Positions 25,149 through 33,925 of a stretch of DNA of 64,000 nt are shown piece by piece. How positions within the stretch are numbered: position 1 is the stretch's first letter; every line of letters begins with the position of its first letter. Both the position numbers and the translations under genes were made by a program. This stretch comes from an uncultured Acidobacteriota bacterium (GTDB taxonomy: Bacteria > Acidobacteriota > Thermoanaerobaculia > Multivoradales > SZUA-115). The notes under the pieces are model-generated. The model saw only the letters and a list, made by a program, of their open reading frames with translations. It was not told the DNA's origin and did no database searches. The DNA lies in NCBI GenBank assembly GCA_963805975.1, contig CAWDVR010000005.1, forward strand, positions 288,001 to 352,000, given 5' to 3'.

Positions 25149-26381
25149 GTGAAGCGAGGCATGGGTCTTCTCGTTCTCTCGTTGCTCGCCGCTGCCGCGG
25201 CCGGCGCGCAAACGGCGCCGGCCCCCGAAGCCGTGCCGGCGCCTCCTGCTGCCGCCCTGCCGGCGGCCGGAGGGCCCACGGTGACGCAGGTCTTCAAGCT
25301 GCCGGCGGATGGCTCCACCGGCGCCGGCCTGGGTGACGAGATCGTGGTGGTGGTCGACGGCTACGCGCAGCTCCTCGCCGCGGCGGGTGGCAACTGCGAG
25401 TCGGTCGTGCTCTTCCTCGACGGCCTGCCCTTCCCCGGCATCGATCCCAACTCCTGCGACCCGCAGGAGGGCCGCCTGCGCTACGAGCTCTTCCGCAGCA
25501 ACGAGAGCGACGAGCGCTGGCACTCGCTCCTCGGCGCGCCGCGGTCCTTCACCCGCAAGATCACGGTCTCGGTGGGGCCTACGGACCACCTCTCGATCCC
25601 CACCAAGGTGCGGGAGTTCCCGCTGGTGGTGATCCCGAGAAACGAGTTCTTCGTGGTCTTCGCCGTGCTCCTGGCACTCTGGGGCGCCGGCTTCTGGCTC
25701 GCCCGGCGCACCGACATCATCCGCGACCCGCAGGCCGAGCCCGGCCCCGGCGAGCGCCGTCCCTACAGCCTGTCGCGCTTCCAGATGGGCTTCTGGTTCC
25801 TGCTGGTGATCTCCGCCTACTTCTTCCTCTGGGTGGTGATCGAGGAGCTGGACACCATCACCGACTCGATCCTCGCCCTCATCGGCATCGGCTCGGGCAC
25901 GGCGCTGGGGGCCTCGCTGATCGACTCCGACAAGGAGCAGACGGCGGACGTCGCCACCAGCCGTCTCACGGCCGAGAAGCAGGCCCTGTCCGGCTCTCTC
26001 GACGGCCTGAGCCAGCAGGCGGCGGCCACCCCGGACGCGGTGGCCCGCGCGCCCATCGACTCGCAGGTGGTGGCGAAGCAGGCGCGCATGGCGGAGATCG
26101 ACACGCTGCTGGAGCAGAAGCAGGGGGTGGTCAAGGCCGGCTCGACGGGGAGCTTCCTGCGTGACGTGCTCGACAGCTCGTCGGGGATCAGCCTGCACCG
26201 GTTCCAGATGCTGGCCTGGACCCTGATTCTGGGGGTGATCTTCGTGGCGACGGTCTACCGCACGCTCTACATGCCCGAGTTCTCGGCCACGCTCCTGGGG
26301 CTGATGGGCATCAGCTCCGGCACCTACCTGGGCTTCAAGTTCCCGGAGCGCCACGACACCGACGGCACGCCGCCGGCCTGA
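25149..26381 (+). CDS. Hypothetical membrane protein with a duplicated TM module
   Basis: GTG start with AAGGAG RBS; signal peptide; exported domain; SLSRFQM..W..LALIGIGSGT and SLHRFQM..W..LGLMGISSGT separated by a coiled coil. Confidence 0.8.
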   Translation: MKRGMGLLVLSLLAAAAAGAQTAPAPEAVPAPPAAALPAAGGPTVTQVFKLPADGSTGAGLGDEIVVVVDGYAQLLAAAGGNCESVVLFLDGLPFPGIDPNSCDPQEGRLRYELFRSNESDERWHSLLGAPRSFTRKITVSVGPTDHLSIPTKVREFPLVVIPRNEFFVVFAVLLALWGAGFWLARRTDIIRDPQAEPGPGERRPYSLSRFQMGFWFLLVISAYFFLWVVIEELDTITDSILALIGIGSGTALGASLIDSDKEQTADVATSRLTAEKQALSGSLDGLSQQAAATPDAVARAPIDSQVVAKQARMAEIDTLLEQKQGVVKAGSTGSFLRDVLDSSSGISLHRFQMLAWTLILGVIFVATVYRTLYMPEFSATLLGLMGISSGTYLGFKFPERHDTDGTPPA

Positions 26382-26387
26382 CGCCCA

Positions 26388-26497
26388 CCTCACCCCTGCC
26401 CCTCTCCCCGCAAGCGGGGCGAGGGGTTCTGAGCGGCTGTCCCGTCTCTCTTCCGGCTCCCTCGCCCCGCTTGCGGGGAGAGGGCTGGGGTGAGGGG
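26388..26497. repeat. Inverted pair of REP elements
   Basis: CCTCACCCCTGCCCCTCTCCCCGCAAGCGGGGCGAGGGG (26388-26426) and an inverted copy (26459-26497) between convergent genes. Confidence 0.8.
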
Positions 26498-26504
26498 CCT
26501 GGGG

Positions 26505-27257
26505 CTACGGCGCCGGCGGCTCGACGATCTGAATCGTCGCGCTGCCCTCGACCACCGCGCCGCTCGGCACGTCGGTGACGCGGGCGAAGATCGTCACCGT
26601 GCCGCGGAAGGTGGTCTCGCCGGCGGTGAAGAGCGCAGTCGCAGTGCCACTCGCCGTCGACAGCGTCACGGCGCGGAACTCGCCCAGCCGCGTGCCCGCG
26701 GAGGTCAGGGCCCGAAACTCGACCAGCGTGCTCTCGCTGGCGATCCCCTGGCCGCGGCGCAGAGTGGCGGTCACGGTCGTGGTGTTGGCGAAGCCGGGCT
26801 CGAGCGAGAACGCTCCGGGATCGACCAGGATGCGATCCGGCAGCGCGCCGGTGAAGGCCACGGTGAGCGCCTGGAGGAAGGTCGAGACCTGGGCCGAGAC
26901 CTGCGCCGAGCCCGGCCGGGTGGGGCTCTGGAGCTGGACCACCGCCCGCCCCTCGACATCGGCCGGCACGGCGAGCGACATGCTGGTGCCGCTTCCCGGC
27001 GTGCCGCCCACCAGCGTGCCGCCGGTCGAGGTGAAGGTCACGGTGCGATTGCCGGCCGAGGCGTCGGCCGGGATCAGGGCGGTGAAGGTCACCCGCGACA
27101 CCCCGTCGGCCGGGATCGCCGCCGCGGAGGCGCTCAAGGCGATCAGGTCCCCCGGCGCCACGCTGCGCTGCGGATCGGACTCGGAGCAGCCGAGGAGGGC
27201 CACAAGGGCAGCCGGCAGGAAGAGGTCGGTGACGAGGCGATGGCGCATGGTGGGCAT
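26505..27257 (-). CDS. Lipoprotein with two invasin/Big_1-like Ig domains
   Basis: Lipobox LLGC; IPADGVSRVTFTA, VTFTSTGGTL, TVTATLR, GTATALFTAG. Confidence 0.8.
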   Translation of the reverse strand: MPTMRHRLVTDLFLPAALVALLGCSESDPQRSVAPGDLIALSASAAAIPADGVSRVTFTALIPADASAGNRTVTFTSTGGTLVGGTPGSGTSMSLAVPADVEGRAVVQLQSPTRPGSAQVSAQVSTFLQALTVAFTGALPDRILVDPGAFSLEPGFANTTTVTATLRRGQGIASESTLVEFRALTSAGTRLGEFRAVTLSTASGTATALFTAGETTFRGTVTIFARVTDVPSGAVVEGSATIQIVEPPAP

Positions 27258-27271
27258 CCTATGGCGCGCCG

Positions 27272-27649
27272 CTACTGGATGCGCACGGTGCAGGCCAGTT
27301 GCTCGATGGGCGAGCTGTCGTCCTTGGCATCGCGCACCACGATCGAGGCCCAGATCGTCACCAGCTTGGCCTTGCCGCCGTTGCCGGCCGGGACCAGGCG
27401 CATGGGCTCGATCACGTCCTGCGGCAGGGCGGTGAAGGTCACGTTCTCGCGGCGCAGGATCTGGAACGGCCCGGTGGGCGTCTCGAAGGCGACGTCGAGC
27501 TGCTGGCCGGTCACCTCGACGATGCGATAGATCAGGTCCGTGGTCACGTCGTCGTCGGTCGAGGCGGCGCGGAAGGTGAGCGTCACGTCGAAGGGTATGG
27601 CCCCGGACGTGGGTGCGGCGGCGAGCTCGCGGCTGATGGCGATCGGCAT
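27272..27649 (-). CDS. Small beta-rich hypothetical protein
   Basis: GGAGGA RBS before MPIAIS; co-oriented in a three-gene operon; GC3 bias. Confidence 0.7.
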   Translation of the reverse strand: MPIAISRELAAAPTSGAIPFDVTLTFRAASTDDDVTTDLIYRIVEVTGQQLDVAFETPTGPFQILRRENVTFTALPQDVIEPMRLVPAGNGGKAKLVTIWASIVVRDAKDDSSPIEQLACTVRIQ

Positions 27650-27685
27650 CGAATCCTCCACTCAGGTCTGGGCTACGAGGTCGGG

Positions 27686-29491
27686 CTACGGTCCGGCGAC
27701 CGCCGTCCCCAGCTTGCCCAGCAGGCTCTTGACGTTCCAGTCGAAGGAGATCGAGACGAACAGCTCCTCGGTGAGGCGCAGGTCGTCGATCAGCGGGTTG
27801 GGCGAGTTTTCCTGGAAGACCAGCACGCCGCCGTTGATGCGCGCCGTGTCGGTCAGGCGCAGGCCGGCGCCCGCCACCAGCGCCTGGTTGCCGAAGAGAT
27901 CGTCGCGCAGCACGCGGCCGGCGGCGTCCTCCTCCTTGACCGAGTTGAAGGTCACCCCGAGCAGGAAGGAGAAGCGGCGGCGGAAGCCGCCCAGCACGGA
28001 CAGCGGCACGTCGCGATTGACCGCCCGGGTGTAGAAGTTGGCACCGAAGTAGGGGGTCACCTCGCCGATCTCGCCGGCGTAGAGCACGCCGAAGTCGGCG
28101 CTGATGTGGAAGGCGGCGCGGGTGGTGAAGCTGCCGGTCGAGGTGGCGACGATCGGCACCCGGACCGCAGCCTCGCGCCGCAGGTAGGTGGCGAGGTCGT
28201 CGAGCGCCGCCTCGCGCCCGGCGAGGATCGACGACAGCCGGGTCAGGCTCGAGCCAACGGCCGCCGCCGCGCTCGCCGCGGAGCCGAGCTTGGCACGCAG
28301 CCCGGCCATCTGCGCCGCGTTGGGTCCGAGGGCCGTGGCCAGGGCCGTCACCTGCTCCGCCGTCTTGGTGAGCTCACCTAGCGTGCGGAGCGTCGCGTGG
28401 ACGGTCGCCATGTTGGCGGCGAGCGGGGCGACGTCGGCCGGGGTCCAGAGGTCGGAGGCGAGGGTGTCGGCCGGCACCGCGGCGCTCGGCCCACCCAGTG
28501 CCGCGGCACCGCCGGCGATCGCAGCCAGGAGCGGCGGGTCGGCGCTCGCGAGCGTCGCCAGGCCGGCGAGCGCGGCGTCCGGCAGCAGGTGGGCGAGGTC
28601 CGAGCGGTCGGCGGCCGAGAGCCCGTCCACCGCCGCCAGCAGGGCGGCCGTCGCGGGGTCCTGGTGCACCGCGCGCAAGGCCGAGAAAAGGGCGTCGATC
28701 CGTGAGCCGGCGCCCGAGCCCAGGGGCTTCACCACCACGCGGCGCTGCTGCTGCGTCTCGTAGACGCGCCGCAGCGGCTCCTGCCAGGGCGGCCCCGGTT
28801 CCTCGTCGCCGGCCGTGGATGCGGGGTCGAAGACCGATCCCTTCTCCGGCTGCACCGACTGGCCGGCCGGCAGCGGCTGGGCGGCGAGCACGCGGCGGAT
28901 GGTGTCGAGCAGGCTGGCGTACTGCGCGGCGCCCAGGCTCGGGGGGTTGGCAGCGTCGATCGCACGCAGCTCCCGGTCGAGCCCGGCGCGGACCTGGATC
29001 TTGAGCGCCGCCAGCTCGGTCTCGGAGAGCGCCCGGGAGATGGTGAACAGGAACAGGAAGTCGCGGTTGGGCGACAGGCGGTCGGGGACGAAGAGCTGGA
29101 AGCGGCTGGTCTGCCCGGTCCAGGGCACGAGGTGAGTGGCGGTGGACGCGCCGCCCTTGCACAGGCTCAGGGGAGCGTTCGCGGCGGGGCCGCCGGCCAG
29201 GAGGTTGCCCAGGTTCTTGCCCGAGCTGTCGCCGGCCTCGCAGTAGCTGCCCTCGAGCCTCACCGCGCCCTGGGGCGGGGTGCCCACCAGCAAGAAGGGT
29301 TCGTCGAACGGCAGCACGGCGTTGATGGTGCCGGACGCCAGGTCCACCTCGACCTGCTTGATCTCGGGCGTGTCGGGGACGTTGTTCGTCTGGGCGAAGC
29401 CCGACAGCGCCAGGAGGGCGCTCGAGAGCGCTGCGGCTGTCATGCGCGAGCGCACGAAGCGGCTCGCGGAGCAAAGAGAGAGTCCCGTCAT
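27686..29491 (-). CDS. Secreted protein with helical mid-region and C-terminal amphipathic beta-strands (possible outer-membrane protein)
   Basis: Signal peptide ending GFA; ISADFGVLY..PYFGANFY..FSFLLGVT..VAGAGLRL..INGGVLVF..FVSISFDW. Start uncertain (29518 is an alternative). Confidence 0.75.
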   Translation of the reverse strand: MTGLSLCSASRFVRSRMTAAALSSALLALSGFAQTNNVPDTPEIKQVEVDLASGTINAVLPFDEPFLLVGTPPQGAVRLEGSYCEAGDSSGKNLGNLLAGGPAANAPLSLCKGGASTATHLVPWTGQTSRFQLFVPDRLSPNRDFLFLFTISRALSETELAALKIQVRAGLDRELRAIDAANPPSLGAAQYASLLDTIRRVLAAQPLPAGQSVQPEKGSVFDPASTAGDEEPGPPWQEPLRRVYETQQQRRVVVKPLGSGAGSRIDALFSALRAVHQDPATAALLAAVDGLSAADRSDLAHLLPDAALAGLATLASADPPLLAAIAGGAAALGGPSAAVPADTLASDLWTPADVAPLAANMATVHATLRTLGELTKTAEQVTALATALGPNAAQMAGLRAKLGSAASAAAAVGSSLTRLSSILAGREAALDDLATYLRREAAVRVPIVATSTGSFTTRAAFHISADFGVLYAGEIGEVTPYFGANFYTRAVNRDVPLSVLGGFRRRFSFLLGVTFNSVKEEDAAGRVLRDDLFGNQALVAGAGLRLTDTARINGGVLVFQENSPNPLIDDLRLTEELFVSISFDWNVKSLLGKLGTAVAGP

Positions 29492-29624
29492 GAGGCCCCC
29501 GCGGAAGGTCTGACCCATCGAGCTCGTGATCTGTCGGCAAGGTATCAGAGCAGGGAGGAGCCGGCAAGCACGAAACCGACGCCGCTCTAAGAGGCGCGAC
29601 CGCCGGTCGCCCCTACGTTCCGGT

Positions 29625-29667
29625 CCCCTCGCCCCGCGTCAGCGGAGAGAGGGCAAGGATGAAGGGG
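29625..29667. repeat. REP element (degenerate copy)
   Basis: CCCCTCGCCCCGCGTCAGCGGAGAGAGGGCAAGGATGAAGGGG, same family as 26459 and 31259. Confidence 0.65.
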
Positions 29668-29671
29668 TGCC

Positions 29672-30124
29672 TCAGGAGCCGTACGCGCGGCTCTCGTGCC
29701 CGAGCTGCGCGAGCACCGAGCGCAGGGCGATGCGCACCCGCTCCTCGAGCTCCGCCTCGTCGGCCGTTTCCGGCGCCGGGCCGGCGACGGGTGGGCTCGG
29801 CGGGGCCGCGACGGCGGGGAGCGATTGCGCCGCCGGCCGCGGGTCGCTCGCCAAGCGCTGGGCCAACAGCTTGAGCAGGCCGCCGCTGCCGGTCGGGGCA
29901 GCCTCGGCCACGGCCTCGAAGAAGCGGCTCGGAGGGATGCCCAGGGCGTCGAGCGCGCGCAGGAGGTCCATCACCTTGAGGTCGACCCGGCGTTGGAACA
30001 CGTGGGAGAGGTAGCCACGGCGGCGGCCGATCCGCTCGTCGACCTCGGTCTGCGTGAGGCCGGATGCGCGAATGGCGCCCTGCAATAACTTCAAGCCTCT
30101 GGAGAGAAGTTCTTCTGTGTTCAC
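29672..30124 (-). CDS. XRE-family helix-turn-helix regulator
   Basis: GTG start overlaps the upstream TGA (GTGA); AIRASGLTQTEVDERIGRRRGYLSHVFQRRVDLK. Confidence 0.85.
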   Translation of the reverse strand: MNTEELLSRGLKLLQGAIRASGLTQTEVDERIGRRRGYLSHVFQRRVDLKVMDLLRALDALGIPPSRFFEAVAEAAPTGSGGLLKLLAQRLASDPRPAAQSLPAVAAPPSPPVAGPAPETADEAELEERVRIALRSVLAQLGHESRAYGS

Positions 30125-30546
30125 GGCACCGATCTTATCGCAAGAAGAGAGGGTTCGAGGCGAAGCTCTTCGGCGAGGGCGTTGGCCACCAACCGCTCGA
30201 GCGAGGCGCTTCCGTTCGACAGCTCGGTGGCGGGCGGCCGTTCCGCGGCGGAGTCGGCGCCGTTGGTCTGCGGCAGCAGCCGCAGCAGGTCCCCCCCGGA
30301 GAAATCGGCATCCTGGTGGCCTTCGGGGAAGGCGAGCTCGAAGAAGCCGACCGCGTCCACCCCGATCGCCTCGAGGGCCCGCAGCAGGTGCTTGAGCTTG
30401 AGATCGAGCCGTCCGATCATCACTTGCGACAGGTAGCCCGGCTGCACCCCGATGCGCCGGTCCACTTCCTTCTGGCTCATGCCGGAGCTGCGGATCGCCC
30501 TCTTCAGAAGGGAGAGGATTCTTGCAACCACTTCCTCGTCGGCCAT
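30121..30546 (-). CDS. XRE-family helix-turn-helix regulator (paralogue of the downstream gene)
   Basis: AIRSSGMSQKEVDRRIGVQPGYLSQVMIGRLDLK. Confidence 0.85.
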   Translation of the reverse strand: MADEEVVARILSLLKRAIRSSGMSQKEVDRRIGVQPGYLSQVMIGRLDLKLKHLLRALEAIGVDAVGFFELAFPEGHQDADFSGGDLLRLLPQTNGADSAAERPPATELSNGSASLERLVANALAEELRLEPSLLAIRSVP

Positions 30547-30631
30547 GATGGAAGCCTACACTCGGCCGCAAGAGGTTTCGGGGGGCCTGGGGGAAACACC
30601 CCAGTGCCCGCCACAGGCTGCATGGATCTCG

Positions 30632-31150
30632 TCAGTTGACGCCGCCCTCGTGGATCTCTGGAGGTGGCGCCGCCTGGTCGAGGCGGCGAGCCACGGTCCA
30701 CAGCACCGCGAGGATGGCGTTGCGCACCTGGGAGACGCGCTGGGTGAAGCGGTCGCGGGTCAGGGCGTCCTGGTAGATGCGCTGGCCGAGCACCACGCGC
30801 TCGAAGGGCTCCTGCACGCCGTGGAAGTCGACCCCCAGGGCGAGGAGGGTGAAGCGCAGGTCCCACAGCAGATCCTGCCGGGTGGGGTGGGGGAGGGCCA
30901 GGAAGCGCTCCCGGTGCTGGTCGGAGAGCGCCACGGCGCCCTCGAGCAGAACCTGCTCCGTCTTGCCCTTGCGCAGGCCGACCACCAGGTGGCGGCCCTG
31001 GCTGTCGCTCGCCTCGAGCAGCCAGACGGCGTCCTCGTGGTTCTTCTCGGCGAGCTGCCAGCCCTCGGCCAGGAGCCAGCTCGTGATGCGGGCACGGAGC
31101 GGCTCCCACTCGCGCTCCTCGACTTTGACTGCCGGGGTTTCCTCGCTCAT
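30632..31150 (-). CDS. Hypothetical protein, DUF2299 / YbjN-like
   Basis: ITSWLLAEGW..DLLWDLRFTLL..IYQDALTRDRFTQRVSQVRNA; family recalled by pattern only. Confidence 0.6.
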   Translation of the reverse strand: MSEETPAVKVEEREWEPLRARITSWLLAEGWQLAEKNHEDAVWLLEASDSQGRHLVVGLRKGKTEQVLLEGAVALSDQHRERFLALPHPTRQDLLWDLRFTLLALGVDFHGVQEPFERVVLGQRIYQDALTRDRFTQRVSQVRNAILAVLWTVARRLDQAAPPPEIHEGGVN

Positions 31151-31176
31151 GGCCGGCGGGCAGCTTAGCATCGGAG

Positions 31177-31299
31177 CCCCTCACCCTAGCCCTCTCCCCG
31201 CAGGCGGGGAAAGGGGATCAGAGTGGCGAGCGCGGGCCTCCCAGGAGGGGCGGTGGCGCCCTCGCCCCGCGTGAGCGGGGAGAGGGTCGGGGTGAGGGG
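31177..31299. repeat. Inverted pair of REP elements
   Basis: CCCCTCACCCTAGCCCTCTCCCCGCAGGCGGGGAAAGGGG (31177-31216) and an inverted copy (31259-31299). Confidence 0.8.
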
Positions 31300-31301
31300 C
31301 T

Positions 31302-33038
31302 CTAGGCGAAAATCCGCGGCGGGGCGGGCATGTCCTGCGTGTCGCTGGAGCTCCAGACCGTGCCTGCCGGGGTGCGATACCGGCCCCGGCCCATGTCGAG
31401 GAGGCAGAGGTTCCTGCCCCGGCGCTTGGCCTGGTAGAGGGCACCGTCGGCAAGCTCCGCGAGCTCCGCGGGCGAGGTGACGTAGAGCTCGGGGAAGGCG
31501 GCGACGCCGATCGAGAGGTTCAAGGGCAGGCGCTTGCCGTCGGCCGTCACCGCCAGCTTCTCGACCTCCTTGCGCAGCCGCTCGGCGACCACCAGGCCGG
31601 TCGCGCCGTCGGCGTCCACCAGCAGCAGCATGAACTCCTCCCCACCCCAGCGGCAGCACAGGTCCCGCTGCTTGATGCGGCCGGAGAGCACCCGCGCGAC
31701 GGCGACCAGCGCCTGGTCGCCGGCGGCGTGGCCGTGGGTGTCGTTGATGCGCTTGAAGTGGTCGAGGTCGCACATCAGGATGGTCATCGAGGCGCCGTCC
31801 TCGACACAGGCGCGGTAGGTCACCTCCATCTTCTGCTCGAGCACCCGCCGCATGGCGACCCCGGTCAACGGGTCGAGGTTGGCCTCGCGTTCGAGGAGCG
31901 CGCGGTGCACCGAGGCCGCGAGCTGGGGGAGGAGCGCCTCGACCAGCGCCACCTCGGAGGCATCGATCGCCCGCGGGTCGCACCACAGCCGCAGCGTTGC
32001 GAGCCCGCGGCCCTCGGCCGAGAGCGGGTAGTCCAGCAGCATCCAGGCCGAACGGCGGTGGAAGCCGGGGCGCGCCGGCGGCGTGCGCTCGGGGTTGGGA
32101 GCGCCCTCGTAGAGCACGCCGTCCGGGCCTGCCGCCCAGCTGCGCCGCACCCCGCTACTTTCCAGGGCGAGCTGGAACCAGCGAAAGCGCAGCAGCTTGG
32201 CGCATTCGGCACGGATCTGGTCGGCGAGCGCCACGAGCTGCGGGCTGCCGGTGATCACCCGCTGGCCGGCGCGGCTCACTTCCTCGAGCTCGGAGGCCCG
32301 CTGCTCGGCGGCGAGGACGCGCCGGCCGTTGCGGAAGGCCTCGAGCGAGAGCAGGGCGAGCACGGCGGCGAGGGCGAAGGCGAGGCTCGGGTTCTGCTCT
32401 GCGCCGCCGCCGGCCGCCACGGTGGCGAGGGCGGCGCCGGCCCAGAACCCGCCGAGATCGAGGCCCAGCGGCGCGGCGACGGAGAGCGCTTCCGCCGGCT
32501 CGCCGGGACGGTGCATGCGGTGGTCGAAGAAGCGCACGCCGATCGAGACCAGCAGATAGGCGGCGGCCGCGGCCGCCGTGGCGTCGAAGAGGATCGGGTT
32601 GGCGGCCCCCGTCTCCCCCGCGGCGAGGTTCCAGGCGGCGCCGGCGGCGAGGGTGGCGAGCGCGGTCTGGAGAGCCGCGACTAGGGTGCGGCCCGGGTGC
32701 CGCCGCTCGGGGGGCAGCAAGGGGTTGCTCCTCGCCAGGCCGCGGTGGACGAGCTCGATCGCGGTCACGGCGCCGCCGGCGGCGAGCGCCGCCGGCAGCA
32801 CGCCCAGGAGCGTGAAGGCCGGCGGCAGCACCAGGGTACCGAGGCCCAGCCCCGAGCCCGCGAACGGCCGGTGCAGTCCGGCGGCGAGCGCCAGCCCGAG
32901 GACGACGAAGAACTGCTCGACGCTGCCCAGGGCGCCGCGCGGCGCGAGCGAGGGCACCTGGCTCGCACCCGCCAGGGCGAGAGCGGTCAGGCCGCCCAGC
33001 GCCAACGGCCCCCAGGCACGGCGAGAGGGGACCTTCAC
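31302..33038 (-). CDS. Membrane diguanylate cyclase (multi-TM, GAF-like, GGDEF)
   Basis: GTG start overlaps the lpxL stop; DPLTG, DLDHFKRINDTHGHAAGD, RWGGEEF, SIGVA, ADGALYQAK. Confidence 0.9.
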   Translation of the reverse strand: MKVPSRRAWGPLALGGLTALALAGASQVPSLAPRGALGSVEQFFVVLGLALAAGLHRPFAGSGLGLGTLVLPPAFTLLGVLPAALAAGGAVTAIELVHRGLARSNPLLPPERRHPGRTLVAALQTALATLAAGAAWNLAAGETGAANPILFDATAAAAAAYLLVSIGVRFFDHRMHRPGEPAEALSVAAPLGLDLGGFWAGAALATVAAGGGAEQNPSLAFALAAVLALLSLEAFRNGRRVLAAEQRASELEEVSRAGQRVITGSPQLVALADQIRAECAKLLRFRWFQLALESSGVRRSWAAGPDGVLYEGAPNPERTPPARPGFHRRSAWMLLDYPLSAEGRGLATLRLWCDPRAIDASEVALVEALLPQLAASVHRALLEREANLDPLTGVAMRRVLEQKMEVTYRACVEDGASMTILMCDLDHFKRINDTHGHAAGDQALVAVARVLSGRIKQRDLCCRWGGEEFMLLLVDADGATGLVVAERLRKEVEKLAVTADGKRLPLNLSIGVAAFPELYVTSPAELAELADGALYQAKRRGRNLCLLDMGRGRYRTPAGTVWSSSDTQDMPAPPRIFA

Positions 33039-33925
33039 CCGCTCTCCTTCCACCGCCGGTGCATCCACATCCATTCCGCCGGCCGGCCGCGGATCTCGCG
33101 CTCGGTGGCTTCCAGGTAGAGGCGGGTCATGGCGAGGACGGCGGCCTCGTCCTTGGCGTCGCCCTCGGGCTCGATGGCCGGCCGCGCCACGAAGCGGTAG
33201 CGGCCTCCCGGCTCGCCGAAAGCGAAGATCGGCACCACCGGCGCTCCGGAACGGAGCGAGAGCCGCGCCAAGACCGGGGTAGCGAGCGACGGCCGGCCGA
33301 AGAACGGCGCCACGATGCCCTCGCTCGGCCGCACCCGCTGGTCGATCAGGATGCCCACGATGCCGCGCTCCTCGAGCGTCCGCAGCATGCCGCGCGCCGC
33401 GCCGCGCTTGGACAGGGTCAGATTGCCGAAGCGGCGCCGGAAAGCGGTGAGCTCGCGGTCGAGGTGGGGGTTGTCGAGCGGCCTTCCCACCACCGACAGG
33501 GGCCCGAAATAGGCGCCGGCGACGTGCGCGGCGATCTCCCAATGACCCAGGTGCGCCGAGAGGACGAAAAAGCCCCTGCCTCGTCCCTTGGCCTCGGCCA
33601 GGTGCTCCCACCCCTCGAGGGCCAGGCGCCGGCACAGAGCCGCCAGGTCGAAGCGCATCGCCGACAGGGTGTCGCAAAGGTTGGCCCCGAGATGCCTGAA
33701 GCTCTCGCGGGCCAGCCGCTCGCGCTCGTCTGCCGGAAGCTCCGGGAAGGCCAGGGCGAGGTTGGCACGTGTGACCTCGCGCCGGGACCCCGCCGCGAGC
33801 CAGGTGAGGTCGCCCAGGCGGCGGCCGAGGCCGCGTGCCGTCTGGTGCGGCAGGAGCCGCAGCAGGCCTCGCACCGCGAGGTAGGCGCCGTGCTCCAGGC
33901 GGTGGCGCACCGGGGCGTCCTTCAT
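33035..33925 (-). CDS. lpxL: Lipid A late acyltransferase (LpxL/HtrB family)
   Basis: ANLALAFPE, SAHLGHWE, ILIDQR, PFFG, WMWMHRRWK; ATGA overlap with lpxK. Confidence 0.88.
   Translation of the reverse strand: MKDAPVRHRLEHGAYLAVRGLLRLLPHQTARGLGRRLGDLTWLAAGSRREVTRANLALAFPELPADERERLARESFRHLGANLCDTLSAMRFDLAALCRRLALEGWEHLAEAKGRGRGFFVLSAHLGHWEIAAHVAGAYFGPLSVVGRPLDNPHLDRELTAFRRRFGNLTLSKRGAARGMLRTLEERGIVGILIDQRVRPSEGIVAPFFGRPSLATPVLARLSLRSGAPVVPIFAFGEPGGRYRFVARPAIEPEGDAKDEAAVLAMTRLYLEATEREIRGRPAEWMWMHRRWKESG

Noticed and set aside
20054-31299. CRISPR array
   Set aside because: The repeats are either 12-bp near-tandem units or dispersed/inverted REPs; there is no regular repeat-spacer structure and no cas genes.
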